Shown here: positions 9,342-16,768 of the stretch, one piece after another
Layout: each line of letters begins with the position of its first letter
Numbering within the stretch: position 1 is the first letter of the stretch
From: a virus
Lineage: Duplodnaviria; Caudoviricetes
IMG/VR virus record: IMGVR_UViG_3300025112_004171
Coordinates: 1-28,144 of that record
Length of the DNA: 28,144 nt
Strand: one strand, 5' to 3'
The notes under the pieces: generated by a model
The model's database searches: none
The model's input: the letters and a program-made list of their open reading frames with translations, nothing else
What the model was told of the DNA's origin: nothing
Made by a program: the position numbers and the translations under genes

Positions 9342-10829
9342 TCAATCTAAAACAGGCCAAAATAATTGTCCGGACTTTCTTATTCTACTATGTGCTATGA
9401 ATGCAGAAGGATAATCACCTTCAATGACTTGTAAGCCATCTATATGAAATAGAGCACCTGCGCCACCACCTGCATCAAGCTGTATGATTTCAACTCTACC
9501 TGTTGCTGTTCCGGTAAGTGTGTTTCTTACTATAATAGGTTTCCAATTAGTTGTATCAGTCATGCCTGTTACAGTAGCAGTGCTATCACCTAAGATGAAA
9601 TTAAATCTAGCTGATGTAGATCCTGAAACAGACCTATATCTAAGACTCATTGTGTAAGTGTTATTGTTGAATAGCAATGCTGAATTCGATATGTCTTGGT
9701 ATGCACCTTGTCCATTTGAAGCTGTGTTAATCTTAACTCCCGATGATCCATAGAAAATATTATTGTTATCAGCTGCAATTACAACCCCAACTCCAGATGC
9801 TGTCCATGCATCAAAGGATTCATCAATTAAGTTTTCTGAACCATTTTCTAAAAGAAGAGTGTTATCAGTAGGATCAATAGCAATCAATGCTCCGTGATCT
9901 AGACTCCCACCTTCCAAGCTTCTCAAATCACCTGAAGCAGATATACCATCAATGATTGTTAGTTCTGATGAAACATTATCTGATCCAGTAAATCCCGATG
10001 GAGTTCCAGTGACACCATTTGTGCTACTATCTAATATTGATCCTGCAATTGCAGAGAACAACTGCACAGCTGATACTGATTCAAATCTCCACCAAGCAGC
10101 AAGTGTATCAGCAGTTGGTTGAAAGTCATTTAATGGAGGGTTGAGATCTTCTGGAGAGCTTCCTATTCCTGAAACTGCTCCAATTTGTCCGATAGAAGAA
10201 GCCGAGCCAGTTGCAATCCACATCCTCATCTCATCAAGTCTTCCACCAAAGTTTATTCCTCTTTCTCCAAGTGGACTTCCTGTTACAACTTCTGTTAAAG
10301 TACTTGAACTATCTAGAACTCGATCAATGAATATTCTCATAGTTTGTGAACCTGAAGCGAAATCACAATATATATGATGCCAAGCAGTTGTAGTTATTTG
10401 AGTGCTTGATGTCAAAACATATTCTGCTACTTGATCATGAGACATTCTAAATTCTATGTACTCATTCCCACCTGTTAAAATTGTACTTACAATATAGTCA
10501 CCATCATACCCTGATGTATTTGCACTAATATCTCTAGCTATAACCATGTCAAAGAACGTTGCTCTTGCAACACCAGTTGCTGTATCGTGTTTTATCCATG
10601 CATCTATTGCAACATTTGTAGCTGATGCGCCTGAAACACCAATAGAACCCACATCAATATAGTTTGTAAATGTTATTGAGTCGTCTATACCATCAAATGG
10701 TATAGATTGATACGACAATGGTCCTGGAGTATCAGAAGTTAGATCAATCGTTTCTGGATCTTCTATAGTTCTATTGAATAGAGTTTGATGAAAGCCTGTA
10801 CTTGAGCTCTCTATAAACTTAAAAGCCAT
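9342..10829 (-). CDS. LamG-like plus carbohydrate-binding-like virion protein
   Basis: FDGIDD, IDAWIK, AWHHIY, RIFID, GRLDEMRMW, LAAWWRFE (LamG); C-terminal ENLID...YTMSLRYR...IDGLQVIEGDYPSAF is a beta-sandwich pattern seen in tail proteins. Confidence 0.8.
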   Translation of the reverse strand: MAFKFIESSSTGFHQTLFNRTIEDPETIDLTSDTPGPLSYQSIPFDGIDDSITFTNYIDVGSIGVSGASATNVAIDAWIKHDTATGVARATFFDMVIARDISANTSGYDGDYIVSTILTGGNEYIEFRMSHDQVAEYVLTSSTQITTTAWHHIYCDFASGSQTMRIFIDRVLDSSSTLTEVVTGSPLGERGINFGGRLDEMRMWIATGSASSIGQIGAVSGIGSSPEDLNPPLNDFQPTADTLAAWWRFESVSAVQLFSAIAGSILDSSTNGVTGTPSGFTGSDNVSSELTIIDGISASGDLRSLEGGSLDHGALIAIDPTDNTLLLENGSENLIDESFDAWTASGVGVVIAADNNNIFYGSSGVKINTASNGQGAYQDISNSALLFNNNTYTMSLRYRSVSGSTSARFNFILGDSTATVTGMTDTTNWKPIIVRNTLTGTATGRVEIIQLDAGGGAGALFHIDGLQVIEGDYPSAFIAHSRIRKSGQLFWPVLD

Positions 10830-10848
10830 ATTGTTTTTCCTAGACTTA

Positions 10849-11250
10849 TTATAATGTATTAAGAAATTTCTTGCTTGTTAGTTTAGTATTTTTCATGCCA
10901 AATTCAGTATATACAATCTTTATGTCACGATTTTGTATTACATTTTTTAAAGACTTAACAGCACCACTTGTTATAGCTTTTGGATCATATTCAATAGAAG
11001 CTTCATATCCAAAATCATCTTTATATCTTGCAATTGTCATTCTCACCCAACCTCTTTTATCTATAACTTCATTCCAAGCTCTTCGCAGGGAAGCTGTACT
11101 TTCAGGATCTTTATTTCCAAAAAAACTTTTTTCAAGAAACTTATGTAACACTTCATCATGATCTAAAGATGAAGGTACAGTTATTAATTTCCCTTTGTCA
11201 TTTATCCAATATTTCTTATATGATTCTTTTAGTACATCTCTAAGCTTCAT
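10849..11250 (-). CDS. small passenger protein with MKLRDVLKE leader
   Basis: ATG 11248-11250 preceded by GAGATATCTA; 133 aa, basic; YWINDKGK...DH...RGWVR motif. Confidence 0.75.
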   Translation of the reverse strand: MKLRDVLKESYKKYWINDKGKLITVPSSLDHDEVLHKFLEKSFFGNKDPESTASLRRAWNEVIDKRGWVRMTIARYKDDFGYEASIEYDPKAITSGAVKSLKNVIQNRDIKIVYTEFGMKNTKLTSKKFLNTL

Positions 11251-11258
11251 TAGATATC

Positions 11259-12080
11259 TCACAAATCTATTTGTAAACGTATTGTCATTGGTAAGTCTGT
11301 ACTCTTCTTCAAAGGTTTAGACAATTTTGCAATTGCTAACAACTCATTACTATCATTATATAATCCAACGCTTGTTACATGTGGTTGCCAATTTATCCCA
11401 CTTGAAACTAAGACCGGACTATATTCTGATGCACAAGTAGATGATGTCAAAGGACCAGTTGTATATGAATAATTCAAAGTTGTAAGGTTCAGACTAGATG
11501 GATTCAAAGAGAAGTTCAATTCATCTGGCTTACATTTACAAAAGACACTTAGCTCAGTATGCTCTACAACAGCTTGATATCTAATTGAAGTTACTGATTG
11601 TACTATACTGGTCAATGAAGATGAAGTTGAAGTGACAACTGCCATACCGAGATCTTCCATAAATGCTCCAACTGTTATGTTTCCTCCACCTTTTCTCTTA
11701 AACTCTCCAGACCCAGAATCATAATAGTCATCTGCATGAGCACCTGTTACAGTAGCTGTAAATGAGCCCCGTTTTATCTTACAATCAAAGTATCTCTTCT
11801 TAAGTGTAAAGATTCCAATGTCACCAGTTAGAGCTGTAAAGGTATTTTCTAGCTTAAAATTGTATAGCATTTGTCTAGTTGAATTGTAGTATGCAGAATT
11901 CGTACCAGTTATGCTAGCTGTAGTGCTGAAAACAGTGTTATACATTGTATCTGCAGTTGTAAATGTCTTCAGTTTTGATGACTCAAAATTTGAATACACT
12001 ACATCCCTGTTCTCTATTTCTACATAAGCACTCTGTATATCTCTATTTACTTTTACTGGTAGCTCTGGTGTAGTTATCAT
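11259..12080 (-). CDS. virion structural protein, tail-collar-like C-terminus (paralog 3)
   Basis: Likely start ATG 12078-12080, 1 nt after the upstream stop. C-terminus FCKCKPDELNFSLNPS...VTSVGLYNDSNELLAIAKLSKPLKK. Confidence 0.8.
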   Translation of the reverse strand: MITTPELPVKVNRDIQSAYVEIENRDVVYSNFESSKLKTFTTADTMYNTVFSTTASITGTNSAYYNSTRQMLYNFKLENTFTALTGDIGIFTLKKRYFDCKIKRGSFTATVTGAHADDYYDSGSGEFKRKGGGNITVGAFMEDLGMAVVTSTSSSLTSIVQSVTSIRYQAVVEHTELSVFCKCKPDELNFSLNPSSLNLTTLNYSYTTGPLTSSTCASEYSPVLVSSGINWQPHVTSVGLYNDSNELLAIAKLSKPLKKSTDLPMTIRLQIDL

Positions 12081-12081
12081 G

Positions 12082-14277
12082 TTAGAAATCCATCTTAGTT
12101 TGTACAATAAGCTCTCTTGTTTCATCTTTCCTAACTGGTACTGAGAGTTTTGAAACAGCTAATAGATCACCTTCGTTATTATATAGTCCAACTGTGGTTA
12201 TATACCCTGCAGGATCATCTAACATATGATCACCTGTTTCTGGATTAACACCAGTTGGGTTTTCAGTGTAGTTGAATTCATTGCCTCCTGCATGGGCATT
12301 AAGCATAAGTCTTCCTCTGTTATCAACTGAATTGAAAACACACCTTTCAATGTTAAGAGCTGAATTGTTTATTGCTGTTACTGAAAATCCAAAATCACCA
12401 GTCGTACCCGATGATGGCCATAGGAAATTGAGCTTAGCATTAGCATCATCTGAATCTAAAACTATAACTCCTAGCTCATAATATACAATACCAACTCTAT
12501 GTTGTGATCCGTCAAAAGATCTTCTTACTATTCTGCCTTGACTGTATTCATTGTTAATAACTTTGTTTTCTGGTATATCTATATACTGAAATGTTCTTGT
12601 GACACTAGAAATTGAACTATCAGTTTCTGCACTCTCTGCTGTTATAGCAATGTCTTTTATGTCATATAGGTTTATACTTCCTCTACCGACAATTTCTCCA
12701 GTATTTGAGAATGTCGATCCATCATCAGCAGTTAGTGTATTTAATTCATTAAAGTTCCACCAAGCAACTAGATTAGCAGAAATATTTTCACCTGCAGTTA
12801 GTGATGCATCTCTAAAGTTGTTGAAACTTATTCCCGCTGTACTACTTTCTGTAACTTTCTGCGAATGACTATCTTTAACTCCAGTTGTTCCATCATCAAA
12901 TCTAACATTCCACATCCTTACATGTTCTATTTGACCATCATAACCACCTTGTAGTTTATCATCACCGGAAGCAGCTAGCCCATCTGGTTTATCACCAACT
13001 GTGTCATTAAGTGCTCTATTGAAATTAGAAACTCCAATGTATAGATTATTTCCTGCTGCTGTAGCACCATCCTCTGGATCGTTATGAGTAATTGGACTTC
13101 TTCTTATTGGAAACCTTTGCTCAAACATGTTTGATTGTACAGTAGGCCCTCCAGCAGAATCAGCTCCACCAAGTCTAGGATCTGTTTCTTCTCTATTCAA
13201 AAGTTTAAATCCATCTATGTAACCGAAAACTGCACCAGCACCTGATTCCACAGTTGTTGAGCCGTCTATCCCTTCTGTTCCCCAAGTAGTAACTATGTGG
13301 TGAAATTTACCATCGAACAAATTTACTCCAACATCACCTGGCACAAATAAACCAGAAGCTTGAACATCATTCTGTGCAAATGATTCAGTAAATTCTCCGT
13401 TAGCTGATACAGATCTTATATACAACCTAAATGCATTTTGTGCATTATTCGAGCTCTTTGTTAATTCTAATTTTATGAATGCATCTTGAGTTTCTCTTGT
13501 AGAACCAGCCCAGGCAGAAGATGCTAGTCTTTTCCATAATACAACAGAGTTAGGATCATAAGGCCTTATGATTGCTTCTATAGTCAAAGCTGTAGTGCAT
13601 GTATCAATACTACCACTTGCTCCCGAAGTCAAAGAGCCCCAAGGTGAACCAAAGAACGAATTTTCAGACATACCAATTTTACCACCATATGGATTCTTCA
13701 AATCTAGTGCAGTTGTTAAACCTGTAGAAGCTCCAGTAGCAATTCCAGTTGATGAAGTATTAGAAAGATTCATTTCAATTCTAACTGAGTTCTGATCAAT
13801 TGTAGAATTAAACATATCTCTTCTAATTGTTATAACACGAACAACAGAAATATCAGCTGCAGTACTAGCACTTCTTAAACTAGTAACACCGCCTGTAAAT
13901 CCTAGATCATTTCTATATAGATAGCCTTGAGTATAATTGAATAGAGCTTGGTGCCCTGCTAATGAAGCGCTATTTGATGAGCTCTTGTAGTACATGTCGG
14001 GATTTGACAAAAATATACCAGCACTTCTTTCAGCTGTAGTAGAAGATCCAGGCACAGTTGTTTTGTCAAATAAAAACTGATATTTCAACTCTCTTGTTTT
14101 AGTCAAACCAAAAGAAGATGGAGTTGAAACATCAAATAATTTGATCTTGCCTAATGATCTAATACCAGTAAAGAAATGTATATTGGTAGCTGATGGACTA
14201 GCTGTTGATACACTTATAGTGCGTTTATCTGGAAACTGTATAGGTACTATTTCTATTTCATCAAATGCTTTGAACAT
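12082..14277 (-). CDS. virion structural protein with inserted LamG-like domain and tail-collar-like C-terminus (paralog 2)
   Basis: LTIEAIIRP, DGKFHHIVTTW, YIDG, YDGQIEHVRMWN, LVAWWNFNE; C-terminus NEFNYTENPT...YITTVGLYNNEGDLLAVSKLSVPVRK. Confidence 0.8.
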   Translation of the reverse strand: MFKAFDEIEIVPIQFPDKRTISVSTASPSATNIHFFTGIRSLGKIKLFDVSTPSSFGLTKTRELKYQFLFDKTTVPGSSTTAERSAGIFLSNPDMYYKSSSNSASLAGHQALFNYTQGYLYRNDLGFTGGVTSLRSASTAADISVVRVITIRRDMFNSTIDQNSVRIEMNLSNTSSTGIATGASTGLTTALDLKNPYGGKIGMSENSFFGSPWGSLTSGASGSIDTCTTALTIEAIIRPYDPNSVVLWKRLASSAWAGSTRETQDAFIKLELTKSSNNAQNAFRLYIRSVSANGEFTESFAQNDVQASGLFVPGDVGVNLFDGKFHHIVTTWGTEGIDGSTTVESGAGAVFGYIDGFKLLNREETDPRLGGADSAGGPTVQSNMFEQRFPIRRSPITHNDPEDGATAAGNNLYIGVSNFNRALNDTVGDKPDGLAASGDDKLQGGYDGQIEHVRMWNVRFDDGTTGVKDSHSQKVTESSTAGISFNNFRDASLTAGENISANLVAWWNFNELNTLTADDGSTFSNTGEIVGRGSINLYDIKDIAITAESAETDSSISSVTRTFQYIDIPENKVINNEYSQGRIVRRSFDGSQHRVGIVYYELGVIVLDSDDANAKLNFLWPSSGTTGDFGFSVTAINNSALNIERCVFNSVDNRGRLMLNAHAGGNEFNYTENPTGVNPETGDHMLDDPAGYITTVGLYNNEGDLLAVSKLSVPVRKDETRELIVQTKMDF

Positions 14278-14604
14278 TTATCTTCCTTTTCTACTAAAGA
14301 AGCTTCTTATTCTGCCTTTTTTCTTTGTTTTGTTGTTCTCAACTTTAGCAATGTTAGTGGGGTCTACTGGTGCTGGAATCCCATTGTTGTCAATTTTAAT
14401 AATTGTCTTTGATGGAAATTCTTTACTCGGTTTGCTACCTGAGTCTATTATTCTAACAATTTTCTAAAGACCAGCTTTTCGCACTCCAATAGCTTTCATT
14501 GCAATTCTATTGATGTGAATTAAATCACCTACACTTAATTTTCCAAATTTCTTAGTTTTGATTTTAGAATGTACACGTTCTTCTAGTACTTGCTGGAGTT
14601 TCAA
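14278..14604 (-). pseudogene. small basic passenger gene (MKLQQVLEE leader) interrupted by one in-frame TAG at 14464-14466
   Basis: TTG 14602-14604; 46 codons, TAG, then 61 more open codons (KIVRIIDSGSKP...RSFFSRKGR) to TAA 14278-14280, which abuts the next ATG. It fills the gap exactly. Confidence 0.65.
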
Positions 14605-14620
14605 TTTATCACTTGTAGGG

Positions 14621-15487
14621 TCAATACTGTAATTGGACTGAGAAAATTTTCTCTTTAGTAAAATCTTTTTCAACAGGAGGAGATACTTTAGAAATAGCTA
14701 GCAAGTCACCATCATCACTATAAAGTCCTACAGATGTTATATATGTTCTTGGATTGGCTGTTAATGAGCTAGTTATTGTTCCCAAAGTAGAATTAGAAAT
14801 GCCTGTTGGGTTATTAGTGTAATTGAATTCTTTGTTGAATGCTCTACAGAAGAAATTTGTTCTCTTTAGTATACTCATTGATTTCCAAGATAGTTGTGTG
14901 CATACAACATATCCAGCAGAAGCAGCTCCAAAAGTCATACCTGAAGCAGATGTGATTAAGAAATGAGGCCAACCTGTTCCACCGTGGAATACAAGCATTC
15001 CAGACTCATAAAATACAGTTCCAACAACGTTAGAAGTATTTCCTTGAGATACTAACGAACCCTTTCTTCCAACACTACCTGTGATTGTAGTTTCAGGTTG
15101 ATCAATGTATGTGTTGTTCGCTGTTGTTCCGAAAGCAAAAATAGCAGTAACAGTACCTGAGACAACATTGTCATCCATAGTAGTTCTTCCTATGGTGATA
15201 GCTCTAAGTAAACTAGTGAATGAAGTGTTGTCATTTGCAATAGGTATATTTGTACCAGCTGTAGAAGAGAAATAGTAATTAGCTATATGTCTGAATGCAC
15301 TGCTAAGTGGAATAGTAGTGGCAGTCCCTTGAGCATTATTTAGATACCCTGTACTGGTAGATTCAGCAACAAATGAGTTGATGTTTTTATTTTGTGCAGC
15401 TGTCAAAGATGTAATTTCATAAGTTGTTTTAGTCTCAACATCTTCTTGAGCAATATCACGATCTTGGTCAAAGTTTACTAAACTCAT
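14621..15487 (-). CDS. virion structural protein, tail-collar-like C-terminus (paralog 1)
   Basis: SD AAGGAG; VGTVFYESGMLV; FFCRAFNKEFNYTNNPT...YITSVGLYSDDGDLLAISKVSPPVEK. Confidence 0.8.
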   Translation of the reverse strand: MSLVNFDQDRDIAQEDVETKTTYEITSLTAAQNKNINSFVAESTSTGYLNNAQGTATTIPLSSAFRHIANYYFSSTAGTNIPIANDNTSFTSLLRAITIGRTTMDDNVVSGTVTAIFAFGTTANNTYIDQPETTITGSVGRKGSLVSQGNTSNVVGTVFYESGMLVFHGGTGWPHFLITSASGMTFGAASAGYVVCTQLSWKSMSILKRTNFFCRAFNKEFNYTNNPTGISNSTLGTITSSLTANPRTYITSVGLYSDDGDLLAISKVSPPVEKDFTKEKIFSVQLQY

Positions 15488-15498
15488 TTACTATCTCC

Positions 15499-16059
15499 TT
15501 ATGTTCCTGAAGCTGACACTGTCAATTCAACAGTATTGCGAGCTCCAGTATTTATGCCAGTAACATCAATGTAAACTAAGCCAGATTTCGAACCAGCATT
15601 AACACCTGTCAATATTCGGAATGTGCCAATATTGTTCTCAGGGGTTGCTCTACTATCAGTAAGAACTGCTATATCAGTGTCTCTAGAAACAGCTCCCCAA
15701 CCCTGTGATTCTTCACCGTTTTCAGTTTCTACAGTAAAAGAAAATGTGTCACTAAAATTAACAGTTGCTTTAGTTGGCTTTAGCGATAATGTTGCAACTT
15801 TCAATGATCCCTTTGGCAAAGTAATCAATCTATATAATTGTGCAACAGATTCATTAGATACTGGTTCTAGTACCGGTAGATTTGTTATGTCAGCATCTGG
15901 ATTAGAAGCAGAGGAATCGTATAGCTGATAGTTTATTTCATCATCACCAAAAGCATATCTAGTTACTTTGAAACTTCCATCATTCCTTGCTAACAGCTCT
16001 CTTCCTTTTCTAGTAAGCACTGCATCTATCACAGCAGTTGAGGAATCCAAAAACGCCAT
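15499..16059 (-). CDS. conserved virion/baseplate protein with tail-collar-like N-terminus
   Basis: SD AGGAG; MAFLD...IDAVLTRKGRELLARNDGSFKVTRYAFGDDEINYQLYD...LPVLEP, a motif recalled from large myoviruses and resembling the start of P2 gpH/DUF3751. Confidence 0.8.
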   Translation of the reverse strand: MAFLDSSTAVIDAVLTRKGRELLARNDGSFKVTRYAFGDDEINYQLYDSSASNPDADITNLPVLEPVSNESVAQLYRLITLPKGSLKVATLSLKPTKATVNFSDTFSFTVETENGEESQGWGAVSRDTDIAVLTDSRATPENNIGTFRILTGVNAGSKSGLVYIDVTGINTGARNTVELTVSASGT

Positions 16060-16070
16060 AATATGTTCTC

Positions 16071-16757
16071 CTATTTCTTTTCAGTATTATCTACTATTGT
16101 AGTTTTGGTTTTGCTTTTGTTTGTATCTACTATTTTTACCTGTTTCTTATCTTCTTCTATATAAATATTTTCTTTCTTAGGTTTTGCTTTACTCTTTTTC
16201 TCTATAAAGACGATACAATAGCCATTCGGACTCTCTTCATTGTCTGAAGTCTTTATAATCTCAGTAGAGTATTTCTTTGAAATTTTTGTAATAAGACTCT
16301 TAACTTTCATAGTCTCTGAATCTTCACATAATGCATCATGAAACATAACTATACAAACATTTGGCAAAGAGGGCTCTATAGTTCTCCAAAGGTCATGTAC
16401 TTCTTCATGACATCCATCAATGTATACGAAATCAGACTCTTTAACAATCTTCTTAGCTCGCTCCTTAAGTTCTTTATAGTAATCGAAGTTCTCTAGCAAC
16501 ACATTATTGATCTTGTTAGTTTCTAACACCCTTCCTATATTTCCACTTTCAGCATTCTCAAAATCAAGAGAAAAGAATGTTGTTTCTTCATCAAAGTTTT
16601 CAAGTGCTTTGCAAATATAAGCAGTTGAGAGACCTGTATATCTACCTATCTCTAATACTGTCGTAGGCTTAAATTTCATTATGCTATCAAAGAGAATATG
16701 TGCTTCTTCATCAGTTATATTTTTCCCATTTCTAAATTCTATTGCAGGGTATTTCAT
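16071..16757 (-). CDS. class I SAM-dependent methyltransferase (Methyltransf_24-like)
   Basis: SD AGGAGG; VLEIGRYTGLST, DFVYIDGCH, IVMFHD; Lys-rich tail. Confidence 0.85.
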   Translation of the reverse strand: MKYPAIEFRNGKNITDEEAHILFDSIMKFKPTTVLEIGRYTGLSTAYICKALENFDEETTFFSLDFENAESGNIGRVLETNKINNVLLENFDYYKELKERAKKIVKESDFVYIDGCHEEVHDLWRTIEPSLPNVCIVMFHDALCEDSETMKVKSLITKISKKYSTEIIKTSDNEESPNGYCIVFIEKKSKAKPKKENIYIEEDKKQVKIVDTNKSKTKTTIVDNTEKK

Positions 16758-16768
16758 GATTCCTCCTA

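Noticed and set aside
14464-14673. 69-aa ORF as given in the track
   Set aside because: Its first 23 codons overlap or abut the upstream gene; TTG 14604 gives the shared leader and the frame continues past the TAG.
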